A stretch of DNA of 64,000 nt from positions 1 to 64,000 of the IMG/VR virus record IMGVR_UViG_3300005827_000047; one strand, written 5' to 3'. The DNA comes from a virus. Below the pieces are notes generated by a model. The model did no database searches. It worked only from the letters and a program-made list of their open reading frames with translations, and was not told where the DNA came from. Numbering within the stretch: the first letter of the stretch is position 1; every line of letters begins with the position of its first letter. The translations under genes were made by a program, and so were the position numbers. Below are positions 41,401-48,632 of the stretch, piece after piece.

Positions 41401-42491
41401 TATGGCCTTCTAAGCTAGTTACTGATGTTAAAGAGGTATTCTCTTCTATTCAATCTGATTTCTTAACTGAGGACATTATAAATGCTTTAAACTATGATCT
41501 ATTTACTTATCTGTTTACTTTACCTGGAAGTCCTTTAACTTATGCTAATCTAAGTGAGTATCTATATGGAGGAGAGAAACCTCCTTTAGCTGATAGAGTT
41601 AAAAGACTTCAAGATAGAGAAAGAGCTTTATTTAAGGAAGATCCTAATTATGTAATGAATCCTTTTATAATGTCTCTTTCTGAAAAAGAAGTTAAAGTAG
41701 ATTCTGTATTCTATGAAGAGGATATGAAAGTTACTAAAAGTAGGGTAGATCATAAACTAGTTATCTTTGATGATACTTCAGGAAGTAGAACTAAAGATCA
41801 AAAATCTGATATCTCAGATAGTTGGTATGATCTATTCTTAGAAGATAAAACAAGTGATTTAGCTTGGGATCTAGCTTTGTACTCTTTCTTTATAAACGGA
41901 TTCAATAGAGGAGCTTATACCTTTATGGATTATATTCCTATTGAGATGCTTGAGGATATGGGAGTTATAGATTACTATAAGAAGATAGAAGGAGCTATTA
42001 AAGCTGGAAGTACATTAAACATAGATATCCAAGACTTTATAGAGAAGTTCACTAGGAATACTAAGAACCAAGGATTAAACTTTATAAAGAGGATTAAGAA
42101 AGAAGGTAAGATACTTGTAGGAGCAACACTAACTAAAGATGAATTAACTGTAGAGGATTCTTATACTATTCAAACTGATACAGGTAGGTACTTTCCTAGA
42201 ATAATAGGATTACCGGATAAAGGATTAAGACTATTTAAGTTTGTTAAGATGGAAGGAGATAAAGGATTATATAAAGAGATTAATCCTCTAGGTACTAATA
42301 TTATAAGAGAGTATATGCCTAATAAGCAAATAGAATCTATCTTTGCACAGAATAATAAGACTAAGGAAGAAGTGATAAGTGAAGATAACTTTATACCTGA
42401 TACTTTACCTGAAGTAATGTATGAACCTGAATTAGATATAGATCAAGTATCAAATGAAGAAGCAAGAGAAAGGATGAAAGATTGTGAATAA
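32496..42491 (+). CDS. giant polyvalent virion protein with zincin metallopeptidase motif and crAss-like two-barrel (DPBB) RNA polymerase domain
   Basis: 3331 aa. 'IIHEFTHSY' HExxH at 36261-36275. 'MIANRIPNQAKNSMVMCKIV...IMLPKEGTRQGGYDFDIDKS' (NRIPNQ 39978-39995; DFDID 40098-40112) parallels bacterial beta-prime 'NRAPTLH...AYNADFDGDQ'. Confidence 0.75.
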   Translation: MPNDILKEIAKLSGKEAPKVVGTYLSPTTMGDSQYDKGILPTYGDEQGALNKIRARKQTNWDSFANMLVRGVGKALITVPETVGYLADIPEMLGITDDYDNKLSEISRQGKSWLDEVMPEYSRSIADSGFKPLEAEWWFRSGDSIVESLGYLIPGYAVGRGAGAALKLLKASGDIQKYGSTIAAAVGLNYAETMQTAGDHYRESVKQYLNTKDEYGNPVYSEQQAKELASEEASSIVWQGKVNTLFELPAMMSLFKSLGKLPISSRSLKGIDSSKFSIAGELGKQMGSEYLEEVGLGFIQSEQERKRDIRLGKEVKEGNVLSRLVNYAFSDQGLTEGLMGALGGGLFGSLAIKGQKEEYTKQQNLVKELTGKNSEEITKVFKDIGEYNKKEAEAAKLGDSIGFTVAQEQKLNVLAAMNAKAGTFSQFLDNLDLAAEAVGDTTNLEEYKKQAKYVEKIVNRVESYQYPREFKDKLIDNLVNQRVYQNTAGKISKDINQIYQDNILDTSISPNLNLLYNKKKILEKAINKSEGKKLEFAKTKLKELESQIETQLPYTIEDGKEGIKRTLEDISKYSNPVVDSLVQPLISQELKYQYEAQESIDSYNDLIKDPQKSQERIMKEDLKEKRVETEEVIEEAKTKIEESPIEKAKEVVKDIDPILEEAGYTPEEIEDITSMLNESIINKEREEVKSEETKQVEESIVNGVFDNYRDQYLPLEEAEESQVSEESIEDKVYEVTPEPGLASTSREFKESNNKVIYNEIGKPITTGQEEEFDFGYLNSPLFNAGSDVELYVDKDSKYMQEGKGNTPETIHIKIRSNGKIIGNLKNFRPTGNSIEDLDTMEVRSYLFNNPDAVLTTKVREKTRGFILNSKVLEDGKLVPARNSVRSLTDTPILAIPTSESEGMVNYEGKSYGPLTKGKLYALIPSANGSLIPVTLNPRKFTKKESLSIVNFIRSNFYPSIASIDRLSKGDNIIINGKPLTVVSIGDKIIGFSKKESKEYSFPLESEVYLNNYLNNKEQLESYINFPSPKVNFTQDRLILPDKYYKYDEYSDEFLANLISNLYLDVSNKKLKDNSKFTSITGKEYNSYQDFILDNNFYTTDIDTIRPFYGAAVYLEKPIISTKVESLEPKEVEVSIEPVKEAVEKVNKADLFGEDSPLRFAKIESLGKSSLVLPGDNKSIIDFAIANSNEYSARVGSLIKERLDLNKDLIVEISDKETLFGPSRYTMFYSSEDNKIVIPKETIENVPQDILAEKIIHEFTHSYTEYALLKAKWYPDKLTKEERIFTDTIGDLYRQASKFIDKSNYGMSNTSEFLAELANPLFAKTLDSIVVDNRSIFKRIVDAILKLLGFKVEPKETLYKKTFDALANYLTSANKVDYSISGEVKYARIPSISRTEQKRRVDTINFMFVKGAINLVKKGPYSFEYLTKNQVKEIYDQIKDYLSDNPLAKSVIDNWDLFVIESKKSLVDFGFLYKEDGDTIEIDDTTKESWQVKAFENNLKDSLSKQVKLYLRFIERVDKEGNYIKDDLGRNTFLPYDEISIYLAKNLADLDTNEEKLNKILELSKIRPELKRIYIDLSTDLTSDNFKNNFFTNFSKTKVKFITVLSEGKDSSSVSKVINTSRKNLAKDILSEWKVTYERELVNGKPNKDKVDKAKELIKVRYGDVVTDEQADNLSKALDSIGIFIPSNRFSGMNKEDISKYITGPSSVNTLFESLSKGYDIFNIVEEQSVKGEGRTLRKLAELESLLRPEDITPSVVNGENNRIYALQNNTAISKEIRRLKKSVTDYLSDPFYALGTNINWGIDRLMKDREFRENFDVAVFDSERLNQPGRKGTPYNNINPSLWNKVKINAVLNQGAKYGWFPFPTPADKENIYFAYLPKHRLTKEGDLLTGESLEMYRKIVLSETARIFNAHSELFNWEEKDLIVGYHYESSLSPKEAKDRAKEGVFSGKAFEYHIFKELNDLGFNKKAINTTEFLPSEMDTIDRVINSYFSKRVSETIDYFKETNIISEVNGVYSNIEIDVTSLREYNSIEDAIENYVYNVQMGYWFIDSILLGDPAFTKSYDDYTKRVALWQTPGTDIGGGQYTVTIVKDILTKSKFAESYKKALSEVGVSKDKIDEIIGVEKDSRGKPSGYYDINQTDAQGLCTWDRYLDIMRRQGNLRPEITDNLDRISKGEITPEEANILFAPVKGTNIGYRIVNGKRVPVAVKYSLTPILPSFRKYPKFARLLDNLEKEGIDELIFESGFKLGTQQLGQVNNPRSWNKIKLNNDSYRIPQVVPYKDTGKTLLPTQSMKNIIVNINPDALYKVDDEVVSGESLVMEYQEVIAQNIKDDFKKVIKKLDPNDKSSLLKNLQKLFLSESRRRNNMPDNHIKALDIVDDDFRVPLSFPLFSSSRESMLFSLFKKKVSTRKVPGFSAVNVSDFATTYDEDNKLNFYTVSYTDPTDSQVFTIEAAEIAVSQDYFRNIIKAKYPEYNLEGDIVLDKIPEDLRYMIANRIPNQAKNSMVMCKIVSLLPKEAASQIMLPKEGTRQGGYDFDIDKSFILTKNFKIVEGELKTIKYYSKEDQTKLRYGQYLEELAKSDQLREILREYKVDLQEQEDIYFILGNELEEKINKVLSIDSSSIEEEEYFELLTDYLSMEGISEEEFSKLSIIEQNTKQARENRIVDFYIAVLSSSHNFYESILPNNMDTLASVRKKILQILNPIESGRDIINDYQQSLTREKNQAGKQLVGVHSNSAVARAYLQILKYESDTAAYFDGKELFSMGAFKDYKDNLITDNHLELQTAAVDNAKDPILGDLNDNIYTADVWDFLVDLGVPLETIAYFMTQPILVELSKRWNNGGRTTSAAESAYKSLKEEYFLSGAEEMKDKNLNTKDLIEQLKASDPSYQLNVLNQFITYKEGAKSYTNLIQSLRADSVRTLPSVVGNQLYMDRYNKVVTKEMKDKLPMVDAFTKYGIDKPLELASDLFIWPSKLVTDVKEVFSSIQSDFLTEDIINALNYDLFTYLFTLPGSPLTYANLSEYLYGGEKPPLADRVKRLQDRERALFKEDPNYVMNPFIMSLSEKEVKVDSVFYEEDMKVTKSRVDHKLVIFDDTSGSRTKDQKSDISDSWYDLFLEDKTSDLAWDLALYSFFINGFNRGAYTFMDYIPIEMLEDMGVIDYYKKIEGAIKAGSTLNIDIQDFIEKFTRNTKNQGLNFIKRIKKEGKILVGATLTKDELTVEDSYTIQTDTGRYFPRIIGLPDKGLRLFKFVKMEGDKGLYKEINPLGTNIIREYMPNKQIESIFAQNNKTKEEVISEDNFIPDTLPEVMYEPELDIDQVSNEEARERMKDCE

Positions 42492-45400
42492 GTGTCCAAT
42501 AAAAAATGATTCTTGGATTAAGTTAGTAAATGAAGTAGGTGAAGTTAATGCCTATAAGTACTTTATACTTAATAATGAAGAGACTCCTTCAGAAGAGCAA
42601 GTAAATAAGATTATAGAGAATAGGAAACCTACTCCCTCTAAACTACTTAAATTGTATAATGCGGATATTAATGGCTTCATACCTAAGAATGTTATAGTAG
42701 AGAAGCTTAGAATAGATGCTAAGAAATTAGGATTAGAAGTTAGAGAAGCTTCAAATGGTAAATACTATTTAACTAAAGAAGGTAAGAAGATTAACTTTTA
42801 TTCCTTATCCGGAGAAGGAGATAGAAATAGTGAACTTGAGAATAAGTTAAAAGGAATACTCTCTAATATAGGAATAAAAGTAGAATCCTATAGTTCTCTA
42901 GTAAATAAATTAGGAGTAGATGCTTCAGGTGCAGCAGATATCTTAAATAAGATAATCTATATTTCAGAAGATAAAGCTAAGTTAGATACTTTACCAGAAG
43001 AAGTAGCTCACTTCTTTATAGCTGGATTAGGTACGGATAATCCTTTAGTAAGTAGATTAATGAACTCTATTAAAGATCATCCTATCTATAAAGAAGTAGA
43101 GAAAGAGTACTCTTCTTTAAACTTATCTGAAGATATCCTTAAGGAAGAAGCTGTAGGTAAGTTGCTAGGTAAGTATATAGTTCAAGAGTTCAATAACTCA
43201 GAAGGAGTAACTATTTGGAATAAGTTTAAAGGTACTTTAGATCTTATTATAGATAAAGTACTTAAGCTATTCAAGAAGATAACCAATAAAGATCTCTATT
43301 CACAAGTAGAGGAGATATACGGAGATTTTGCTAAAGATATACTTAAGGGTAACATCAATCCTTCTAAAGAAGATAAGGTATTCTATCAATTAAGTAAAGA
43401 GTTAAAAGAGTATTCTAAAATAGTTGAGGATAAACTTAAAGCTATTAAATCTAGAGTAATTAAGTATTCCGTATATCAAAATGAGTATAAGTCTTCTGAG
43501 AAGATACAGGAATACTTAGATACTACTATTCAAAGAGCTAAAGAGATAGAAGAGTTAAATAAGTTAAATCACGAAGAAGCTTACTCAAAGTTATTACTCT
43601 TAGTTAATGATGGGCTAAAGGATATAAAAGAGAGGATATCATCTGCTCCTTTAAGTCAAATGGGATTATCTAGATCTATAGAATTTGTAACTTCTTATAA
43701 GGATATAAATCTAGTAGAATCAGATAGTGAAGTGATAAAAAAAATAGCTGGCTCTATAGAGGGAGAAAGAGTAAGGATAGAAGCTGAGTTACTAAAGTTG
43801 AGTCAAGAATCTTTATCTGAAATAGTGCAAGAAGAATCTTTATCTGATAAAGAAGATTTGATTACTCCTATAAAAGATCTATCCTTTGATCAAAGATGGT
43901 TAGGAGCTATGGCTAATGCTGATGATACTTTATTAGCTGTTGTAGATAAACTATATAAGAGAGAAGTAGTAGATAAGACTAGTGATATTATAAGAACCTT
44001 TAAGTATAATCATGATAAGCTATATGAGAAGGTTAATAAAGAAGATCTAAGTTTACTTTTTGAGAAAGTAGATAGTAGACCTAATTTCTATATGCTTCAA
44101 ACTAATGATCCTATTAGGTTTACTTCTAAGTATAAGTATGAATACTACTTATTGATGGATAAAGCTAAGATGGAAGCTGATGCTTATCCTAAAGGATCTG
44201 AAGGAAGAAAAGATGTATGGAAAAAGTTCTTTAGTGAAAATCATACTAGAGGATATAGAGATGAATATGGTAATTGGATAAATGGAGAACCCTTAGCTAA
44301 GTTTGAGAATGAGGATTATAAAAAGATTCAAAGTAATAAGGATCTTAAAGAGTACTATGATTTCATAATGAGATGGAAAGAGAACTCTGATAATCTTATG
44401 GGATTATCTTCTTATCCTTTAAGAAAGTCTAGTATTCCTTATTTCTTTTCTGATTTATCTGAGAAGATAGCTAAGAATAAATTATGGAACAGCTTAAAAG
44501 GATTAGGTAAAGAGATCTCTTCTTCTATAGAGTATACTAAAGGAGATAGAGCTTTAGTAGATGAATCCGATAAAGAAGTTAAAGTAATCAGAAAGCAAGG
44601 AGTAGCTAGAATAGATGAATCTCAAAGAACTTATAATATTCCTGATATTATATCAGCTTATGTATATTCAGCTAATCTTTATAGAGCTAAAAGAGAAGTT
44701 CAGGGAATCATAGAATTAGCTAAGACTTATGCTGAAGCAAGAAAGATTCCTAAAACTAATTGGAGAGGTAAGGTACTTGATCAAAATGGAGATCTAGTAA
44801 ATATAGAAGGAGCTAGTTCTGCTTCTTACCAAAGATTCAAAGATTGGTATAATATGATCTATATAGGAGATACTGATAAAGAGAAAGGCTTTAAGATCTT
44901 CGGTAAAGAAGTTTCAGATAAAAAGATAGCTAAAGCATTTGGTAAGTATTCTTCTATAACAGCTTTAGGATTAAACTTATTCTCTGCTGTATCCAACATA
45001 GTATATGGAGGATCTATGCAAGTAATAGAAGCTATGGGAGGAGAGTTCTATTCTGCTAAAGATTATTTATGGGCTACTAAGAAATATGGAGAAAGTGCAT
45101 TATCTGATAAGATGAAGTTAATGCTTGATTACTATAGAGTATTACAAGATACTTCTTACTTCGGAGATAAGAAGAGTATGATAAGCAAAATACTATTTGG
45201 AGCTAACTCAGCTGGAGAGCACATGATGCAGTCCAGAATATTCTTAGCTATGAGTCATAACTATAAAGTTAAAGATGCTAAAGGAGTAGAATATAACTTA
45301 TGGGATGCTTATGAAGTAGTAGAAGGAAGACTTAAACTTAAAGAAGGTATAGAGTTATCTCAAAGAGAGATATCTGATTTTAGAAGAAAAGTAGAGGGAG

Positions 45401-46080
45401 TTAACCAAAGACTTCATGGTAGATATACAGATTTAGATAATGCAGCTTTAAGTCAAACAGCTTTAGGATATCTAGCTTTACAATATAGGAAATGGATTCA
45501 TCCGGGATATGAAGCTAGATTTAGAAATCAATACTTTGATGAAAGGTTAGGTCAATATATTAAAGGTAGATACTTATCTTATCTAGACTTCTTTAAAAGC
45601 ATTAAAGAGCTTAAATCTATTGCAGCAGGTTGGAATAATCTATCTGATCATGATAAAGCTAATATGAAGAGGAATATAGCTGAATTAGTATACTTAACAG
45701 GAACCATCCTACTATTATCTGTATTAAGATCTTTATCAGAAGATGATGATGAACTTGATGATTCTAAAGCTTTTAACTTCTTTATGTATCAAGTAGATAG
45801 GTTTAACTCTGAATTGAAATTCTATAACATAGGTATAGTAACTGGAGATCTTACTAAACTAATAAGAACTCCAGCTGCATCTATCTCTGTTATAGAAAAT
45901 GTAGGTAGGTTATTAAATGATACTCTTCAATATCCTTTTAGAGATGAAGAAGAGAATATAGTTAAGGGAGAAGAGTATACTAAGATTCAAAGAGACTTTG
46001 AAAGACTTATTCCTCTTATTAAAGAAACAAGGAGATGGTCAAACTTAGAAGATCAAGCTACTTACTTTAAGACTTACTAG
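42484..46080 (+). CDS. large virion/ejection-associated protein (unknown function)
   Basis: 1198 aa, 8-nt overlap with the RNAP gene. Mostly helical, with hydrophobic segments 'SSITALGLNLFSAVSNIVYGG' and 'ELVYLTGTILLLSVL'. Last gene of the + strand arm. Confidence 0.4.
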   Translation: MNKCPIKNDSWIKLVNEVGEVNAYKYFILNNEETPSEEQVNKIIENRKPTPSKLLKLYNADINGFIPKNVIVEKLRIDAKKLGLEVREASNGKYYLTKEGKKINFYSLSGEGDRNSELENKLKGILSNIGIKVESYSSLVNKLGVDASGAADILNKIIYISEDKAKLDTLPEEVAHFFIAGLGTDNPLVSRLMNSIKDHPIYKEVEKEYSSLNLSEDILKEEAVGKLLGKYIVQEFNNSEGVTIWNKFKGTLDLIIDKVLKLFKKITNKDLYSQVEEIYGDFAKDILKGNINPSKEDKVFYQLSKELKEYSKIVEDKLKAIKSRVIKYSVYQNEYKSSEKIQEYLDTTIQRAKEIEELNKLNHEEAYSKLLLLVNDGLKDIKERISSAPLSQMGLSRSIEFVTSYKDINLVESDSEVIKKIAGSIEGERVRIEAELLKLSQESLSEIVQEESLSDKEDLITPIKDLSFDQRWLGAMANADDTLLAVVDKLYKREVVDKTSDIIRTFKYNHDKLYEKVNKEDLSLLFEKVDSRPNFYMLQTNDPIRFTSKYKYEYYLLMDKAKMEADAYPKGSEGRKDVWKKFFSENHTRGYRDEYGNWINGEPLAKFENEDYKKIQSNKDLKEYYDFIMRWKENSDNLMGLSSYPLRKSSIPYFFSDLSEKIAKNKLWNSLKGLGKEISSSIEYTKGDRALVDESDKEVKVIRKQGVARIDESQRTYNIPDIISAYVYSANLYRAKREVQGIIELAKTYAEARKIPKTNWRGKVLDQNGDLVNIEGASSASYQRFKDWYNMIYIGDTDKEKGFKIFGKEVSDKKIAKAFGKYSSITALGLNLFSAVSNIVYGGSMQVIEAMGGEFYSAKDYLWATKKYGESALSDKMKLMLDYYRVLQDTSYFGDKKSMISKILFGANSAGEHMMQSRIFLAMSHNYKVKDAKGVEYNLWDAYEVVEGRLKLKEGIELSQREISDFRRKVEGVNQRLHGRYTDLDNAALSQTALGYLALQYRKWIHPGYEARFRNQYFDERLGQYIKGRYLSYLDFFKSIKELKSIAAGWNNLSDHDKANMKRNIAELVYLTGTILLLSVLRSLSEDDDELDDSKAFNFFMYQVDRFNSELKFYNIGIVTGDLTKLIRTPAASISVIENVGRLLNDTLQYPFRDEEENIVKGEEYTKIQRDFERLIPLIKETRRWSNLEDQATYFKTY

Positions 46081-46285
46081 CTTTCTCTACTAGAACAGTA
46101 GCAAATTTATAGAAATCTACTTCTCCAGTAAGACGAAAAGTATACAAAATCCCTTTTCCTGTTACAATCCCTTTGAGAGAAGAAATAATTTCTTTACTTA
46201 GGAATAAGTTAGCATATAGTACATTTCCTCTTAGTACACCTCTATTCTGTAATTCCTTGTGTAAGTTTTTTATATTCATCATCAC
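46067..46285 (-). CDS. NLF[IL]P-motif small protein family, array A copy 1
   Basis: 72 aa. Family core 'NVLYANLFLSKEIISSLKG'. Its 3' end overlaps the convergent + strand gene by 14 nt. Confidence 0.55.
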   Translation of the reverse strand: MMMNIKNLHKELQNRGVLRGNVLYANLFLSKEIISSLKGIVTGKGILYTFRLTGEVDFYKFATVLVEKASKS

Positions 46286-46472
46286 TAATTATTTTATATT
46301 CTAATCCAAACTCATTTATTCTTCCATTAAGTATAACCGGTATATTATAATGACTAAGTAATAGATTAGAAAGATAGCTTGCTATGGTTTTAGGCAAGTA
46401 TAAACCTAATTGAGCAGTATGATATATTATACTTCTACCTTTTAATTGTTTATATAGTTCTATTTTTTCCAT
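46242..46472 (-). CDS. NLF[IL]P-motif small protein family, array A copy 2
   Basis: 76 aa. Core 'TAQLGLYLPKTIASYLSN'. Confidence 0.55.
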   Translation of the reverse strand: MEKIELYKQLKGRSIIYHTAQLGLYLPKTIASYLSNLLLSHYNIPVILNGRINEFGLEYKIISDDEYKKLTQGITE

Positions 46473-46485
46473 AGATAATTACTAA

Positions 46486-46680
46486 TTATTTTATTATAGC
46501 GTAATCTAAACCATAAGAATCTACTGTTCCTGTATATCTAATAGTAGTGCCTTTACGAGTAATCTCTAAACCTTCAAGCCTATTTATTATACTCTCTGGC
46601 AAGCACAGATTCTTATGAAAAATATCTATCAGTATTATATCTTTAAATACTAAGTATTCGTGTATTTCTTTATTATTCAT
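46486..46680 (-). CDS. NLF[IL]P-motif small protein family, array A copy 3
   Basis: 64 aa. Core 'IFHKNLCLPESIINRLEG'. Confidence 0.55.
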   Translation of the reverse strand: MNNKEIHEYLVFKDIILIDIFHKNLCLPESIINRLEGLEITRKGTTIRYTGTVDSYGLDYAIIK

Positions 46681-46904
46681 ATTTTAGACTTTATAAATTT
46701 TAAATGTAGATATACTCCGTTAGAAGCATATCCTATTTCTCCTGAATAAGCTAATCCGTAGTTAAACTTAACTCCTACAGAAGCAAGTTTAATTCCTTTC
46801 ATATTAAAGAGAACTACAGAAGGTATAAACAAATTACTTAAAATAGCTGCTCTTCTAATAATGCTTTTATCCGATAATTCTTCTGGTAAACTTTTAATAA
46901 TCAT
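46677..46904 (-). CDS. NLF[IL]P-motif small protein family, array A copy 4
   Basis: 75 aa. Core 'AAILSNLFIPSVVLFNMKG'. 4-nt overlap with copy 3. Confidence 0.6.
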   Translation of the reverse strand: MIIKSLPEELSDKSIIRRAAILSNLFIPSVVLFNMKGIKLASVGVKFNYGLAYSGEIGYASNGVYLHLKFIKSKI

Positions 46905-46924
46905 ATTAATGTTATTTTCATAGT

Positions 46925-47146
46925 CTAATCTCCTAAGAGTAAATACCTTTTTTCTAGATATAGTCTAGTGTAAAATCTTTCTTTACTAACGCTAGTAACT
47001 GTACCTTTAAACTCTATATAATTAAAATTAGGATATTTAATCCCCTTTAAGCTAGCAACTATTGAAGGAGTTAAATATAAGTTGTTAATAAAAAGTGGAT
47101 CTTCTCCAACAATCTCTCTACTAATTAATTCTTCTATTCTATTCAT
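46925..47146 (-). CDS. NLF[IL]P-motif small protein family, array A copy 5
   Basis: 73 aa. 'MNRIEELISREIV...INNLYLTPSIVASLKG'. Confidence 0.6.
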   Translation of the reverse strand: MNRIEELISREIVGEDPLFINNLYLTPSIVASLKGIKYPNFNYIEFKGTVTSVSKERFYTRLYLEKRYLLLGD

Positions 47147-47330
47147 AATCTAAATAAATTCCTATTGAAGGGTATATGTTAATTTTACCTGTGAATTTAA
47201 AATTTAAAAAACCAAATGGAATAACTATATCTGCTTTAATCTTAGATAAAGTAATAGGCGTTATAAATAAACTTCTTACTTTGGCTCCACTTACTATCTT
47301 TCTTTCTCTTAATTCTTCTATCGTATTCAT
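47139..47330 (-). CDS. NLF[IL]P-motif small protein family, array A copy 6
   Basis: 63 aa. 'MNTIEELRERKIV...RSLFITPITLSKIKA'. 8-nt overlap with copy 5. Confidence 0.6.
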   Translation of the reverse strand: MNTIEELRERKIVSGAKVRSLFITPITLSKIKADIVIPFGFLNFKFTGKINIYPSIGIYLDYE

Positions 47331-47335
47331 AACTC

Positions 47336-47515
47336 TTAAAGCTCTGAGGCTAAATAAACTTTATTATCATCAAATGCTGTTTCACCAGTAAGTTCATAGT
47401 CAGCATTAGGAAATAAAGGATTACCTTTACAATTTAAAGCAATAGTTTTAGGTAGATATAAGTTATGTACAGCACATCCATAAACTATTTCATGATCTTT
47501 TAAGCGGGTTAGCAT
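47336..47515 (-). CDS. NLF[IL]P-motif small protein family, array A copy 7 (not in ORF track)
   Basis: Hand-translated 59-aa ORF MLTRLKDHEIVYGCAVHNLYLPKTIALNCKGNPLFPNADYELTGETAFDDNKVYLASEL. Its ATG overlaps the stop of copy 8. Confidence 0.5.
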   Translation of the reverse strand: MLTRLKDHEIVYGCAVHNLYLPKTIALNCKGNPLFPNADYELTGETAFDDNKVYLASEL

Positions 47516-47712
47516 CTTCGTATTTTTTGAATCATTATACCTATAGCTTTTAAACCTTCAAATTCAATAAAAGGTCTAGTATAGCCATGATTTATTTTAA
47601 CTCTTAATATATGTAACATAGATCTTGGTAAAAACATATTATCTATGTAGGGGTAATATTTTATACCCTTCTGAAGGATATCTCTTCTTTTAAGTTCTTC
47701 TTTTAAAATCAT
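47509..47712 (-). CDS. NLF[IL]P-motif small protein family, array A copy 8
   Basis: 67 aa. 'MILKEELKRRDIL...IDNMFLPRSMLHILRV'. Confidence 0.55.
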   Translation of the reverse strand: MILKEELKRRDILQKGIKYYPYIDNMFLPRSMLHILRVKINHGYTRPFIEFEGLKAIGIMIQKIRRC

Positions 47713-47722
47713 ATCTTTATCT

Positions 47723-48166
47723 TTATATTTCTATTACTAAATAATAAGTTATACCTTCATCAGTATAGATATCTACAATCCTAATTAAACTTTGACCTAT
47801 TCCTAATAATATAACTTTACTTTCATAAGTAATACTCTTAGAGCTTAATATCTTAAAGCTAATATCTTTATCAGATGTAGGTTCTGTTACAGTAACCATA
47901 GCAGCTCTAGGATTACTGGTATAGAAATGAGCTTCTATAATATACTGAAAGTAATCACAAGCAAACTTTAATAGACTTTCAGTAATAAATAGATTTGGTA
48001 TTCTAAATGCTTTAGTAAGAAGTACTTGTTTAGTTCTGCAATGAATGTAAGTATTAACAGAATAAGTATATCCTTCTCTAACATTAGAATCAATGAGAGA
48101 GTAAACAAAGTAACTTCTTTCACCTAGTAACTCTATTACCTTCTTAAAATTAATAATCTCCTTCAT
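47723..48166 (-). CDS. NLF[IL]P-motif family, array A copy 9 (longer, extra C-terminal region)
   Basis: 147 aa. Core 'AFRIPNLFITESLLKFAC' in mid-protein. Confidence 0.5.
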   Translation of the reverse strand: MKEIINFKKVIELLGERSYFVYSLIDSNVREGYTYSVNTYIHCRTKQVLLTKAFRIPNLFITESLLKFACDYFQYIIEAHFYTSNPRAAMVTVTEPTSDKDISFKILSSKSITYESKVILLGIGQSLIRIVDIYTDEGITYYLVIEI

Positions 48167-48464
48167 CTATCAAATCCATTAATTGCTTTCTAAACTTTCC
48201 ATCTCCTGATAAATAATCTACTGTAGCTATAGGGATAAATAGATTATCCCTACGAATCTGAAACTCATATAGAATATGCTTATAGCTTTTAGTTTTGGAG
48301 TATGTAATATCAGTAAGTGAAGCATAAGGGTATCTTTTGTCAACATTATAAACTGGTACATAGTATTCAATTTCATCATCAGCTAATCTATTACATACTT
48401 CAATATAGAGTTTATATTTCTCTTTTATATTATTATAGGATTTACCTAACTCTTTTCTCTTCAT
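48150..48464 (-). CDS. NLF[IL]P-motif family, array A copy 10 (N-terminally extended)
   Basis: 104 aa. Core 'IRRDNLFIPIATVDYLSG' near the C-terminus. 17-nt overlap with copy 9. Confidence 0.5.
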   Translation of the reverse strand: MKRKELGKSYNNIKEKYKLYIEVCNRLADDEIEYYVPVYNVDKRYPYASLTDITYSKTKSYKHILYEFQIRRDNLFIPIATVDYLSGDGKFRKQLMDLIDEGDY

Positions 48465-48467
48465 AAG

Positions 48468-48632
48468 TTACTTCTTTATAAACATTACTATATTCCCAAA
48501 AGTAGACATATTGTACCCCTTACATAAAGAAGTAGGAGTAAACAAGCTATATAAAATCACAGCATAGTTTGAGCTAGTAAAAAATCCACTATAATAAACT
48601 ATTTCTCTTTTTATTAACTGTTTAACTCTCAT
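48468..48632 (-). CDS. NLF[IL]P-motif small protein family, array A copy 11 (not in ORF track)
   Basis: Hand-translated 54-aa ORF MRVKQLIKREIVYYSGFFTSSNYAVILYSLFTPTSLCKGYNMSTFGNIVMFIKK. The motif is degenerate ('SLFTP'). Confidence 0.4.
   Translation of the reverse strand: MRVKQLIKREIVYYSGFFTSSNYAVILYSLFTPTSLCKGYNMSTFGNIVMFIKK

Noticed and set aside
32496-42491. Possibility that the giant protein is an N4-type virion RNAP (a T7-like single-subunit polymerase), given its size of about 3300 aa and the podovirus-like gene order.
   Set aside because: I could not find T7-like motifs (for example RxxxKxxxxxxYG). In contrast, 'NRIPNQ...GGYDFDID' matches the beta-prime DPBB metal-binding signature, so the two-barrel (crAss-like) interpretation is preferred.
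46067-46080. Looked for a bidirectional terminator at the convergence point of the two arms.
   Set aside because: There is no convincing GC-rich stem or U-run. The two terminal ORFs simply overlap by 14 nt.
47176-47391. 71-aa + strand ORF opposite the small-gene array. Similar + strand ORFs lie at 52149..52391, 52490..52714, 53316..53573, 57257..57463 and 62839..63153.
   Set aside because: They are antisense to - strand genes with clear motifs (family array, E1-like, JAB, ATPase, helicase), and their translations are low-complexity.
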